From assembly GCA_033696785.1 (NCBI GenBank), contig GCA_033696785.1_4550.1: 39,327 nucleotides of DNA. The stretch is one strand, 5' to 3'. The notes beneath the pieces are model-generated. The model was given only the letters and a program-made list of their open reading frames with translations, was not told where the DNA came from and did not search any database. The stretch comes from a phage. A program made the translations under genes and the position numbers. Position 1 is the first letter of the stretch; the number at the start of each line of letters is the position of its first letter. Shown here piece by piece: positions 11,250-20,060 of the stretch.

Positions 11250-11267
11250 CCAAGGTGATAGTTTAGG
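11250..11267 (-). promoter_or_regulatory. Degenerate phage promoter-like element
   Basis: Plus strand ccaaggtgatagtttagg keeps -17 to -6 of the consensus but replaces the -5 to -1 TATAG block. Confidence 0.35.
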
Positions 11268-11478
11268 CTTTGAAGAACTGAGACAACTGGTCGGCTTTGG
11301 TGTCAGCCTGACGTGCCTTCATGCCAGCTTCCAGTGACGCGATGGTCAGCTTGTCAGCCAGAGCAGCAGCATCAGCCGCACCGTCAGCAGTCTTCTCTGC
11401 TACCTTTCGTTCCATAACCGCAGCACGACGATAACCACGCACCACCAGACGACCAAGAAATTCGATAAGTTTAATCAT
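11263..11478 (-). CDS. Hypothetical protein
   Basis: 71 aa, hydrophobic N terminus then Ala/Lys-rich helix, between the lysozyme and primase genes. No motif recognised. Confidence 0.5.
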   Translation of the reverse strand: MIKLIEFLGRLVVRGYRRAAVMERKVAEKTADGAADAAALADKLTIASLEAGMKARQADTKADQLSQFFKA

Positions 11479-11501
11479 TTAGTGTTCTCCTTTGTAGTTT
11501 A

Positions 11502-11969
11502 TTAACCGTGGTCGGAAGTGACCAGTTCATTGGTAGACAGCCAGCGTTGCAAGTCGAAACTTGGACACGCCTTTGGTGCTACGTCATGGTGTGCTTTTAT
11601 TTCTGCCTGAGGATACAGGACCTTCAGGTCAGCCAGCTTGTTGCGCAGGGAGTTCATCTGGGCTGGAGTGAAGCTAGCTTCAAACTTGCCCTTAGCGTCG
11701 ATTCCACCTACAAGGCAGACGCCTACGGACCGGGAGTTCCAATCCTTAACGTGTGACCCTACGACATTGACCGGGCGACCCTCTTCCACAGTACCATCGC
11801 GCTTGATGATAAAGTGGTAGCCTACGTCCAGCCAGCCTTGCTGCTTGTGCCACATACGGATGGTCTCTACCCCGATGTCCATCTCTGGCTTGGTAGCCGA
11901 ACAGTGAACGAAGATAGCGTCAGTCCGGGACCGTGGGTTGAACTGTACCTTACTTACCATTATTTCCAC
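11502..11969 (-). CDS. N-acetylmuramoyl-L-alanine amidase / lysozyme (T7 gp3.5 homolog)
   Basis: 155 aa with IFVHCSATKP, QGWLDVGYHFIIKRDGTVEEGR and HHDVAPKACPSFD, near-identical to T7 lysozyme. Confidence 0.95.
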   Translation of the reverse strand: MEIMVSKVQFNPRSRTDAIFVHCSATKPEMDIGVETIRMWHKQQGWLDVGYHFIIKRDGTVEEGRPVNVVGSHVKDWNSRSVGVCLVGGIDAKGKFEASFTPAQMNSLRNKLADLKVLYPQAEIKAHHDVAPKACPSFDLQRWLSTNELVTSDHG

Positions 11970-12329
11970 CTCTTGTGGTTCCTGATTCGGCTTATGGTCG
12001 CCTCACTCACTGAGTATTTTGCAGCCATAAACTTAAGGGTCTCGCTTGAGGTGCGAATCTCCTTAACGTCCTCTTCAGTTAGTTTTGAATTAAATGTCCT
12101 GCGCACTGAGCAGTCCATCATGTTTTCCGCTTGAGTCCCAAGCTCAAGGTGCTTGATGTTTACGCACGAGCGGTTATCACACTTGTGTCTTACGACAAGA
12201 CCTTCTGGTATGACACCATTGCCTCTAGCCAAGCGGCTCTATGAGCACCCATAGATTGACCACGGAATTTACGTCTTCCGTAGCCGCCCTTGTTGAGACT
12301 CTTAGTCCATTCTATGCAATCACTTTCCA
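11960..12329 (-). pseudogene. HNH endonuclease (paralog 4) disrupted by a 1-nt frameshift
   Basis: N-terminal 46 codons (MESDCIEWTKSLNKGGYGRRKFRGQSMGAHRAAWLEA) are in one frame; the C-terminal part (GNGVIPEGLVVRHKCDNRSC...) is the track ORF 11960..12232 in another, starting at TTG just after an in-frame TAG. Confidence 0.65.
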
Positions 12330-12778
12330 TTGTAAACAACGAGTTCTACGACCACTAGATTCAGGTGCTGGGTGAAGCGTTGTGCGTCCGTGGTGTGCAT
12401 CTGGAGGCGCTTATGGTTGAAGACGTGTGAGTTGCTGATCTTCACGTAAACTTCTTCAGGCTTTCCGTGGACGATGAACGTCTGGCCTACACCAATCTTG
12501 TCGATGGTCAGGACTTCACGCTTCACGGTCACAGGCGGTACGCTCGAAGCTGGTAGGACTTGAGGCTGGTCAACAACTTCTACACTGTATGTCTCGTGGC
12601 CATTCCAGCCGAAAGTCTCACCGATGTAATCCTCAGGATGCCACCCCTTCTCCACAATTACGCTATGGTCTTCTCGCTTTTCGAAAACAGCATCAGTGAA
12701 TCTGGGGTTATTCAGCAGGGTGTTCTTTGAGAATCTGTAACGTGTTCCAACTTCAAGGTCTTTACAGGTAGTCATCAC
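12320..12778 (-). CDS. Hypothetical protein, 152 aa, no T7 counterpart at this position
   Basis: Sits between the endonuclease I and lysozyme genes, which are adjacent in T7. No motif recognised. Confidence 0.7.
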   Translation of the reverse strand: MMTTCKDLEVGTRYRFSKNTLLNNPRFTDAVFEKREDHSVIVEKGWHPEDYIGETFGWNGHETYSVEVVDQPQVLPASSVPPVTVKREVLTIDKIGVGQTFIVHGKPEEVYVKISNSHVFNHKRLQMHTTDAQRFTQHLNLVVVELVVYNGK

Positions 12779-13224
12779 TTAACTCCTTTCTTCTTTGGGA
12801 TGAGTATACCTGAAGGCAGACGTACAGTCGCCTCTCGAAGCCACTCAACCGGGATAAACTTATCGGCATACTTATAGCCGTTCTTTTCGCACCATGCGCC
12901 ATACGTGGTCGGAGACCCTTTGTATAGCTTGGAGCGGGAACTTGAGAACACGAACCGTATGTCTAACTCTGGGTGCTGTTCTCGTACCAGAAGGTGCTTC
13001 TTACGGTCATCACTATCGAAGATACCTTTGGTCTCAACGATGATACCGTTAGGAAGGATAAAGTCGGGCGTGTAAAAATGATCGCTAGCAGGTACTACAT
13101 ACATAATTTTATATGCCTCATACTCAGCCCGTACCCCGTTCTTCTCCAGCCACTCTTGGTTCTTTGCTTCAAGCCCAGAGCGATACGCTCCCACTTTATG
13201 TCCTCGACTAATTGTTCTTGTCAC
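12775..13224 (-). CDS. Endonuclease I, Holliday-junction resolvase (T7 gp3 homolog)
   Basis: 149 aa with YTPDFILPNGIIVETKG and DRKKHLLVREQHPELDIRFVFSS. Confidence 0.95.
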   Translation of the reverse strand: MTRTISRGHKVGAYRSGLEAKNQEWLEKNGVRAEYEAYKIMYVVPASDHFYTPDFILPNGIIVETKGIFDSDDRKKHLLVREQHPELDIRFVFSSSRSKLYKGSPTTYGAWCEKNGYKYADKFIPVEWLREATVRLPSGILIPKKKGVK

Positions 13225-13657
13225 GCTTACGCCTCCAGTTAATAGCCTGTGGAGTAACTCCGAACATCTTAGCTAGCTCACTATTGGGCCGCGAGGACTT
13301 CAGGATGAACTCTACGTCTTCCTCGGTCAGCTTAGTCTTATTGTTAGCTTCTCCTATGAACACTGGAGGTTTCGACTTTCGCCCCCTCTCCATGCAGTCC
13401 CTCATGTTGTCCTTCTGCGTACCTAGTTCAAGGTGCTCAGGGTTACAGCAGCAGGGGTTGTCGCATTTATGTCTAACCAACATTCCATCAGGAATAGGAC
13501 CTATGAACTCCATGTATGACACACGATGTGCATAGTCCTGTTTCTGTCTTCCTATTGATATTCGACCGTATCCAGTAGGGAACCGGGAGCGTTGCCACTC
13601 CCAGCACCCGGAGGGAGAAACCTCAGAGTAATCCTCCAGTTTCTCTTTTAGATTCAT
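13208..13657 (-). CDS. HNH homing endonuclease (paralog 2)
   Basis: 149 aa with GCWEW..GYG and LVRHKCDNPCCCNPEHLELGT, plus C-terminal KLTEEDV helix. Confidence 0.88.
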   Translation of the reverse strand: MNLKEKLEDYSEVSPSGCWEWQRSRFPTGYGRISIGRQKQDYAHRVSYMEFIGPIPDGMLVRHKCDNPCCCNPEHLELGTQKDNMRDCMERGRKSKPPVFIGEANNKTKLTEEDVEFILKSSRPNSELAKMFGVTPQAINWRRKRDKNN

Positions 13658-14355
13658 TAGAAGTCGTAATCGCCACCAGAGTTGGAGTCGTCACCACCTT
13701 CGGAACCATCGTCACCAAAGTCATCAGACCCGAAGTCACCATCGGTTGACGCTTTGTAGCCGGTACCGAGGTCTTCATCATCGCCCCAGCCACCATCTCC
13801 ACCAGCACCATCACCTTTCCACTCCTTCAGTTCTACCAGAAGGCAGGACTCAAGCTGGAGCTTAACGCTTGCACCAGTCGCAGCGTTCCACTTGAACGGC
13901 AGGACTTTAAACTTGACCTTCAGCTTTGAGCCAGCGCCAATATTCGGGACGTCACGGATTAACTTAGCATCGGTGTCGTAGAACCGTAATACGATAGGCT
14001 CTGACTTACCATCCTTCAGGTAAGACGCGAAGCATTTAAACTTCAGGGTAACAGTACCGTCACCATTCTCAATCCAAGGCATGTCGCCTTCTCGTGGTTC
14101 AATAGGCTTCTTGCCACGCTGAACCTGAGGTGGGTTCTTCTCGTGGTCTGCGAGTGCTTTCGCATACGCATCGTCGTGAATCTTCTGTAAGACATCAATC
14201 ATCTTACGGACCTTCGGGTTGCTCAGGTCGAATGTCAGGTTAACCTTATGCTCACCACGCTCGTTAAACTTGGTGTCTGCTTTGTTCAGCCATGCGTAAG
14301 GCTCAACGATGCCAGCTACCGGAGTGGTGAAAGTCTTCAGTTGCTCTTTAGCCAT
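13657..14355 (-). CDS. Single-stranded DNA-binding protein (T7 gp2.5 homolog)
   Basis: 232 aa with GASVKLQLESCLLVEL and an acidic C-terminal tail ending DYDF (T7 ends DGDF). Confidence 0.95.
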   Translation of the reverse strand: MAKEQLKTFTTPVAGIVEPYAWLNKADTKFNERGEHKVNLTFDLSNPKVRKMIDVLQKIHDDAYAKALADHEKNPPQVQRGKKPIEPREGDMPWIENGDGTVTLKFKCFASYLKDGKSEPIVLRFYDTDAKLIRDVPNIGAGSKLKVKFKVLPFKWNAATGASVKLQLESCLLVELKEWKGDGAGGDGGWGDDEDLGTGYKASTDGDFGSDDFGDDGSEGGDDSNSGGDYDF

Positions 14356-14395
14356 TGGTGTAAATCTCCTAATTTAAAAGTTACGAACTGGACGT

Positions 14396-14418
14396 CTGTC
14401 CTACAGTGATAGTTTAGG
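14396..14418 (-). promoter_or_regulatory. Phage RNAP promoter (phi2.5 equivalent), CTGTAGG variant
   Basis: Plus strand tgtcctacagtgatagtttagg, overlapping the gp2 stop and upstream of the SSB gene. Confidence 0.75.
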
Positions 14419-14572
14419 TCTCAGGACGAATCCGTCCGACCACAAACCCAGCGTCCTCATACTCTTGTGACTTCAGGGTAGCCTCTTCAAGAGACTTTGC
14501 GTACAACGGAACCTCGAAGGACTGAACGCGACCCTCAAGCTCCACGATGTATTTCTTCTCAACCTCAGTCAT
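14414..14572 (-). CDS. Host RNA polymerase inhibitor (T7 gp2 homolog)
   Basis: 52 aa hand-translated: [52 protein letters not shown], with T7 gp2-like HSFEVP..AGFEV..R.RP. Not in the ORF track. Confidence 0.75.
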   Translation of the reverse strand: MTEVEKKYIVELEGRVQSFEVPLYAKSLEEATLKSQEYEDAGFVVGRIRPET

Positions 14573-14688
14573 AGAATCTCCTTGTCGAGAATCTCTTCCA
14601 GCTTAACAAGTTCCTCTTCGGATAAATCAGTGAAGTCCACGAACTCCTTAATAAGCTGACACACAAAGTTAATCTGGTCTTGGTTCAT
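14569..14688 (-). CDS. Small hypothetical protein (39 aa)
   Basis: Hand-translated [39 protein letters not shown]; its stop overlaps the gp2 start (ATGA). Confidence 0.4.
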   Translation of the reverse strand: MNQDQINFVCQLIKEFVDFTDLSEEELVKLEEILDKEIL

Positions 14689-14766
14689 AAACCGCGCTCC
14701 TTCCATTGGTTGTATAACGTAATGTAGTCCGGGTTGAGAGTCTTCTCATACATCTCCCGGCACCAC

Positions 14767-15102
14767 TCACTCGGCAGCATAGCACTTACCTTTATGCAGG
14801 TCGAACAGCTCCTGATAGAAGGCTGCTTTGTTCAGGTCCTTCTCCATAGTCGCCAGCTCTGACTTCTTACCAGCCCGGAGTCGATACTTCAGGACGTTCC
14901 CCATGCAGAACCCACGGAACTCACTCACAGTCATTGACCGTGCGATAATCTCAATGGATTCCACGCCGTCAAAGACCTGATAGTGGGACGGCTTGCGGAC
15001 AGCGTCATCTTTAATATACTCGGCGTGGACTCCAAGAACAGCACCGCAGTCGCACGGACCTGAGCTGAGGACTGATCGGCACAACTCATGGTGCTTAGTC
15101 AT
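14767..15102 (-). CDS. Hypothetical protein, possibly DUF3310-like
   Basis: 111 aa with PSHY, GFCMGNVLKYRLRAGKK; family name is from memory and unverified. Confidence 0.55.
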   Translation of the reverse strand: MTKHHELCRSVLSSGPCDCGAVLGVHAEYIKDDAVRKPSHYQVFDGVESIEIIARSMTVSEFRGFCMGNVLKYRLRAGKKSELATMEKDLNKAAFYQELFDLHKGKCYAAE

Positions 15103-15355
15103 TGATCACCTCCTTCATGAATTCAACGAACAGACGAACTCGGGGCCACTTAGTGTATACCACAGGCACATTGGTCTCACGCTTCTGGCTAGCCTCTTCA
15201 GCTTTACCCGGAGTAATCAGAGCGAAGACTGTAGGTGACAGCTTAACGGCCTTCCCGAAGTAGCCCAGCTTCTCGTTGCACTTAATGCAAGCGAACGGGT
15301 TGTTGGACAGGTGGAATGTATTGGAATAACGGTTGAACATTAAGTTCTTAAACAT
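15095..15355 (-). CDS. Hypothetical protein
   Basis: 86 aa, cysteine pair (C..C), directly after promoter 15384-15406. Confidence 0.55.
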   Translation of the reverse strand: MFKNLMFNRYSNTFHLSNNPFACIKCNEKLGYFGKAVKLSPTVFALITPGKAEEASQKRETNVPVVYTKWPRVRLFVEFMKEVIND

Positions 15356-15383
15356 GGTCGGCCTCCTTAGGTCGAAGTTATTG

Positions 15384-15406
15384 TTGTCCTACAGTGATAG
15401 TTTAGG
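15384..15406 (-). promoter_or_regulatory. Phage RNAP promoter, CTGTAGG variant
   Basis: Plus strand gtcctacagtgatagtttaggg. Confidence 0.75.
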
Positions 15407-15442
15407 GTCAGGCTGGTGGCCCAGACGGTAGCTTGCTAGCAT

Positions 15443-15477
15443 AAGCAAAGAAACCCAGCAGTCCGAAGACCACTGGG
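15443..15477 (-). terminator. Intrinsic terminator after the ligase gene (TE-like early terminator)
   Basis: Minus-strand RNA CCCAGUGGUC-UUCG-GACUGCUGGG (10-bp stem, UUCG tetraloop) followed by UUUCUUUGCUU; same position as T7 TE. Confidence 0.7.
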
Positions 15478-15488
15478 TTGACGTTTAG

Positions 15489-16547
15489 TTAGCTCTTAAC
15501 GGTTGGATTGTCCTCAGTCCCTCGCCAGCACTTGAAGCTTGGATGGCGAAGGGAACCATCAGGGAACCGCTCCATGAAGAGGACTTCACACTGCCAGCCT
15601 TCGTATGGATTGATTCCACCGAGAATATATGTATCAGTGTTACAGGCTTCCGTAAACTCGTCCTTCTGTTCCTCAGTCAGACCGCAAGCATTAACCACCA
15701 TGCCATCCTCAAGCAGCACCTCAAAGCCAATCACCTTACCTTCGTTAGCCTTACCCGGAGTCCCCCACACGAGGCCACACACGGTCCCGTCGATGGTCTC
15801 CTCAGGCTTCATCTTCCACATGCCTGACTTCTTGCCACGCTTGTATTTACCAAGCGGGTCCTTGACTACCAGACCCTCGTGTCCTTCCAGACGCTTCTGT
15901 TCGTACAGGGAGTTGAGCGACTCAAGGTCATAGACCGTGTTTGACTCAGACAGAACCCAGTCGATTTCCGGGAAGTATTTCTGGAGGAGAGGGACGATAG
16001 CTTCGGCCTTCAGGCGGGTGACGCTATGGATTGGACCTTCGGCTTTCGGGTCAGCAATGGTTGTCATGTCGATAACACCGTAAACCACAACCTGAAGTCG
16101 TGACCGGGCGACCCAGAACGGGACCTTCTTGCCACGGCCAGGATAGCATTCAGCGAACTCCTCGTTGTTAGGCTTGAGCCACTTCGTTCGGATGAGACCT
16201 GAAGACGTATTGAAGTCAACGCCTTTGACCATGACCTCGCCATCAATCATTAGGCCGATACCTTCATAGCCAGCTTGACGAAGGAACCACCGCCAGTCAG
16301 CCTGAGTCCACGCATTGCCTAACTCAGAGTTCATCCATTCAAGTGCTGGCAGCGGTTTAGACTCACGGCTTAACCAGTAGGTCTCACCCTCTCGCAGCAC
16401 CGGAAGATTCAACCGGACACCATCATACTTCACTTCAGCTTCCAGCGACCCGGCAGCTTCCAGAGCCTTCTTAACGCCAGACTCAGAGTAATCTACAGCG
16501 CGGTGTGGGTTAGTTTTAATAGTCGTAGTCATTATGGTTTTCTCCAT
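15489..16547 (-). CDS. ATP-dependent DNA ligase (T7 gp1.3 homolog)
   Basis: 352 aa with the adenylation motif EVKYDGVRL. Confidence 0.95.
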   Translation of the reverse strand: MEKTIMTTTIKTNPHRAVDYSESGVKKALEAAGSLEAEVKYDGVRLNLPVLREGETYWLSRESKPLPALEWMNSELGNAWTQADWRWFLRQAGYEGIGLMIDGEVMVKGVDFNTSSGLIRTKWLKPNNEEFAECYPGRGKKVPFWVARSRLQVVVYGVIDMTTIADPKAEGPIHSVTRLKAEAIVPLLQKYFPEIDWVLSESNTVYDLESLNSLYEQKRLEGHEGLVVKDPLGKYKRGKKSGMWKMKPEETIDGTVCGLVWGTPGKANEGKVIGFEVLLEDGMVVNACGLTEEQKDEFTEACNTDTYILGGINPYEGWQCEVLFMERFPDGSLRHPSFKCWRGTEDNPTVKS

Positions 16548-16795
16548 GTGTCGAGTTGGTCAGCGAGACCGTTAAGGAAGTCTGTTGCAGTGTTGTACAG
16601 TACGTCTTCATCGTAGTGTGCGAAGGACTCAAGAGCGAATATGTTACCCGCGCGGTCCTCGACTTGAAGTCTCATGCACTCTTTCCGGAGATGCGCCTCG
16701 TACCAATCATGCTGTATCACGCAGAAGTCTAACTGATAGAGCCTGTTACACGCTGCTTTGAAAGCGTTTAGGTTGCCACTATAAAGTCGTCCCAT
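16532..16795 (-). CDS. gp1.2-like protein (host dGTPase inhibitor in T7)
   Basis: 87 aa beginning MGRLYSGNLNAFKAA, matching the recalled T7 gp1.2 N terminus. Confidence 0.7.
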   Translation of the reverse strand: MGRLYSGNLNAFKAACNRLYQLDFCVIQHDWYEAHLRKECMRLQVEDRAGNIFALESFAHYDEDVLYNTATDFLNGLADQLDTWRKP

Positions 16796-16799
16796 AGCG

Positions 16800-17027
16800 T
16801 TATGCTCCTACGAAATACTTCTCTTGGTTTACCAGAGAGTCTTTGCCTTCAGCGTTACGGAAAGCACCCTTGACACCACCGCCACGCTTGGTCTTGTTCA
16901 GCTTGCGGCCCTTCGGAATGTAATCTTCAGTCTGCTGACGTTCACGGATGCGCTCGAAGTTGATAGTGTTCTGATACATGTGGTTAAATCTCCAGTAGTT
17001 TACGTTAGGGTTAATCATGAAGGCCAC
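16800..17027 (-). CDS. gp1.1-like small basic protein
   Basis: Contains KGRKLNKTKR as in T7 gp1.1; the real start is probably an internal Met. Confidence 0.5.
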   Translation of the reverse strand: MAFMINPNVNYWRFNHMYQNTINFERIRERQQTEDYIPKGRKLNKTKRGGGVKGAFRNAEGKDSLVNQEKYFVGA

Positions 17028-17051
17028 GACTTTGAGTCATGACCTTGAGTC
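17020..17051 (-). promoter_or_regulatory. Candidate RNase III processing hairpin (R1.1 equivalent)
   Basis: AAGGCCACGACTTTGAGTCATGACCTTGAGTC just downstream of promoter 17052-17074. Confidence 0.4.
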
Positions 17052-17074
17052 TAATCCTATAGTGATAGTTTAGG
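17052..17074 (-). promoter_or_regulatory. Phage RNAP promoter (phi1.1 equivalent)
   Basis: Plus strand aatcctatagtgatagtttagg. Confidence 0.85.
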
Positions 17075-17148
17075 TTAACCTCTTCTTCGTTGGGTTAAAG
17101 TGAATACTGCGAGTGCTCCTAGCCACAAGGCCAGTAACTGTAAGTCTG

Positions 17149-17364
17149 TCATTTGGTCTGCTCCAGCTTGGACACTGCGTCTTTCAGGTATTTCTCGTGG
17201 CTGGATTCCACAAGATAGACGAGGGTCTTGAATGGTACGTTAAGCTGCTTTGACATTTCGGTAGGAATGACCGTGGTCTTCACCAGACCCTTGCCGTTGT
17301 GTTCTGTTACGGTCACGATTTGAGTCCCGCCCTTAACGCCAGCCTGCTTGTGTGCAAATTTCAT
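17149..17364 (-). CDS. Hypothetical protein, 71 aa
   Basis: Immediately after the RNAP gene. A 25-codon hydrophobic ORF (MTDLQLLALWLGALAVFTLTQRRRG) follows with an ATGA overlap. Confidence 0.5.
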   Translation of the reverse strand: MKFAHKQAGVKGGTQIVTVTEHNGKGLVKTTVIPTEMSKQLNVPFKTLVYLVESSHEKYLKDAVSKLEQTK

Positions 17365-17378
17365 AACTCTCTCTCCTG

Positions 17379-20060
17379 TTAAGCGAATGCAAAGTCTGAA
17401 GACAAGATGTCTTCGATATTCAGTTTACCTTTCTTCGGAAGCTCAGGCAACTTGTCGCGCTGGCTCTCGTGAAGCTGGTATTCAAACTGCTCGTAGAAGT
17501 CAAGCAGCACATCGTTGTCGCGGTAGGTCTCGACCATCGTCTCACGGACACCACGGAACAGATACTCAGCGTCAGCCGGGATGGTCCCGAAGCTATCGTG
17601 AATCACTGCGAACGACATCACGCCATACTTGCGGTGAGTGTGGACTACAGTCTTGCGGAGGTGGCTACCATCTTGTGAGTGGACGAAGTTCGGGCTAATG
17701 CCTGACTCCTGCTTGTGCTTGTCAAGCTCTTTCTTCGTTCCTTTGTTGACTGTAGGCTGAAGGTTGAATGACCCTAAGAACATCAGGTTCAGACGAGTGG
17801 TATCCTTCTTGCGGTATTCCTGCCATACCGGGAAGCCATCAGGTGTTACCCAGTGAACCGGAAGGCATGGCTTAAGGATTTCTCCAGTCTTCTTGTCCTT
17901 CACTTCAGCAGCCAGCAGCTTGGCGGCACCTTGAAGCCACTTCATAGCGTCTACCGCAGCAACTACGGTCACACTCACAGCTTCCCAAATCATCTTAGCC
18001 ATGAAGCGAGACGCTTGGCTTGGCTCGGTGAACATAGCGCCAGACCCTGAGTCAATCGCTGGCATCACGATGTCCTCATAAACTTGGTCTGCGAAGCCAT
18101 ACTCTTTCGACCCATAGGCCAGAGTCATGACTGAACGCTTAGTGACCTTGCGTGACATACCGTAAGTCAGCCACTGCCGGGCCAGCTCTCGTGTCCCCAG
18201 CTTGAGACGTTCGGTAATCTCACCAGTTTTCTTGTCCTCGTGAGTTACCATCTCGTTGTCCGTGCCGTTAACCAGCAGGACTTTAAGCTCTTCCTCAATG
18301 CGGTCTGACACGATTCGGTAGATGTCTTGGACCTTACCGGAAGGCGTCAGGTTTACTGCATGTCCACCGATGTGATCACGAAGCATTGCGCTAAAGTGCT
18401 GAATCCCAGAGCAGGACCCATCGAATGCTATCGGCAGCGAGCAGGAGTAAGACAATCCGTGATGCATTACGCCAGCATACTCGAAGCAGAACGCTAGGAA
18501 GCAGAACGGAGAGTCTAACTTTCCCCACCACTCAATGCTGTCCATCGGTGCCTTAGCGGTAGCCATGATGTTGTCGTGGTTATCTTCCACCCACTTGATT
18601 CGCTCCTCGAAGGTTACTTTATCAATGCCCGCACAGTTTGCACCGTGGACCTTCAGCCATTTGAAACCATCAGCACCAATAGGCTTACCGACTGCCAGAG
18701 TCAGAAGACCCTTTTGCATGTCGTTACCCTGAGGGTTGAACATCGGCACAGCGTAGACGCGACCGCGCCAGTCCATGTTGTACGGAAACCAGATAGCCTT
18801 GAACTGAGAGAACTTGTTCGCTTGGTTAACGATAAAGCTCAGTGACAATCTACGTGACTGCCGGGCCTTCTCTCGGCGGTAGATACCAGCAGCAGCCTTC
18901 TTCCATGCCTTGAGTTCCTCTTCAGTCTCACCCGCATAGTCTTCAGGCTTCAGTGGCTCCATCTGAGGGATGTCGTCAATAGGCGTGTTGTTCAACTTCT
19001 CGACCATGTTCACCACGTCCAGAACCTTCTTGTTCACTTTCCAAGGTGTATTCTGGATGATGTTGACAGCGTCATAGACTTCAGGCATGTACACGTCTTC
19101 GTAACGTGCCACCGCAGACTTAGACCCTAAGCGAATCAATGGTAACGGTCTGCGACCTTTGGCCCAGTACCCACCGCCTACGACACCCGTCCACGGCTTA
19201 GGTGGAACGACGCAAGGCTGATAGACTGGTGCGATACCCGCAAGGCTGAATCCACGTTGTGCCATCTTCTTGACCCAGAAGCCTGACAGGTGGACCATCT
19301 CAACATCAGCCGCTGCATTGCCAGCACCATAACGCTTAAGCTCGACAAGTTGTGTTGACTGGATGACAATCTCAAGCATCTTGATGCCAACATGGACCGC
19401 CTCGGTCGGACTCCAAGTTCCCCACGCATCTTCCAGTTGACCCTGCTCCAGCATGGAGGCCTCAACCGCTTGCATGTAGGCTTTCTTGTAGGATGACCCA
19501 GCTCGCTTGTTCAGGTTCTCAGCTATCGCCTTCTTGAAGTGCTCCTTCTCCTTGTCACGGATGCGACCGAAGCGGATTTCGTCCTCAAGTGTGCGACCTA
19601 TCGCTGAGGCCATCGGTGTAATCGGTATCCCTTCAGGCTTGACCAGCTTGGAGAGGATGACCTTCAGTATAATAACTGCAGCAGACTCGCAAGAGATACG
19701 CAGAGAGCGGTCCTTGACGGCCTTCTCTTCAGTGCTCAACATGGTGAACGCTACGCTAGGACGAGAGGTTGACAGCTTCCCGTCTGGACCTTCATGCCAC
19801 TCCCTGACGGCTTGCGCAATCTTAGGGACCAGAGTCTGCATCAAAGGCTTGGCTACCTGATTGTCTGCCAGTTCCCCGCGCTCAGTCTGTCGCTCAAGGT
19901 TTTTGATGAAACGTCGCTCGCCTTCAGTGTATGCCTCATGCTCAAGCTGAAGCTGTTTGACTGCAAGATCTTGCCCGTAGTGGTCAGCCAGCAGGTTAAA
20001 CGGCTCAATGGCGTTCGACACATCAGAGAAGTCGTGTTTGTCAATAGAGATGACGCTCAT
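17379..20060 (-). CDS. Single-subunit DNA-dependent RNA polymerase (T7 gp1 homolog)
   Basis: 893 aa colinear with T7 RNAP, including catalytic motifs and C-terminal FAFA. Specificity-loop region reads FNLQPTVNKGTKKELDKHKQ (T7: FRLQPTINTNKDSEIDAHKQ). Confidence 0.98.
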   Translation of the reverse strand: MSVISIDKHDFSDVSNAIEPFNLLADHYGQDLAVKQLQLEHEAYTEGERRFIKNLERQTERGELADNQVAKPLMQTLVPKIAQAVREWHEGPDGKLSTSRPSVAFTMLSTEEKAVKDRSLRISCESAAVIILKVILSKLVKPEGIPITPMASAIGRTLEDEIRFGRIRDKEKEHFKKAIAENLNKRAGSSYKKAYMQAVEASMLEQGQLEDAWGTWSPTEAVHVGIKMLEIVIQSTQLVELKRYGAGNAAADVEMVHLSGFWVKKMAQRGFSLAGIAPVYQPCVVPPKPWTGVVGGGYWAKGRRPLPLIRLGSKSAVARYEDVYMPEVYDAVNIIQNTPWKVNKKVLDVVNMVEKLNNTPIDDIPQMEPLKPEDYAGETEEELKAWKKAAAGIYRREKARQSRRLSLSFIVNQANKFSQFKAIWFPYNMDWRGRVYAVPMFNPQGNDMQKGLLTLAVGKPIGADGFKWLKVHGANCAGIDKVTFEERIKWVEDNHDNIMATAKAPMDSIEWWGKLDSPFCFLAFCFEYAGVMHHGLSYSCSLPIAFDGSCSGIQHFSAMLRDHIGGHAVNLTPSGKVQDIYRIVSDRIEEELKVLLVNGTDNEMVTHEDKKTGEITERLKLGTRELARQWLTYGMSRKVTKRSVMTLAYGSKEYGFADQVYEDIVMPAIDSGSGAMFTEPSQASRFMAKMIWEAVSVTVVAAVDAMKWLQGAAKLLAAEVKDKKTGEILKPCLPVHWVTPDGFPVWQEYRKKDTTRLNLMFLGSFNLQPTVNKGTKKELDKHKQESGISPNFVHSQDGSHLRKTVVHTHRKYGVMSFAVIHDSFGTIPADAEYLFRGVRETMVETYRDNDVLLDFYEQFEYQLHESQRDKLPELPKKGKLNIEDILSSDFAFA

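Noticed and set aside
17149-17364. Apparent longer ORF (about 97 aa) running through the 71-aa gene into the downstream hydrophobic peptide
   Set aside because: Came from my manual reading around 17220, which disagrees with the ORF track by one base; I defer to the track and treat this as a reading error.
19178-19465. Nested minus-strand ORFs inside the RNA polymerase, large terminase, tail tube and portal genes (for example 19178..19465, 19853..20044, 23894..24076, 36627..36812, 37431..37679)
   Set aside because: Alternative-frame ORFs within long, strongly supported genes; no independent evidence.
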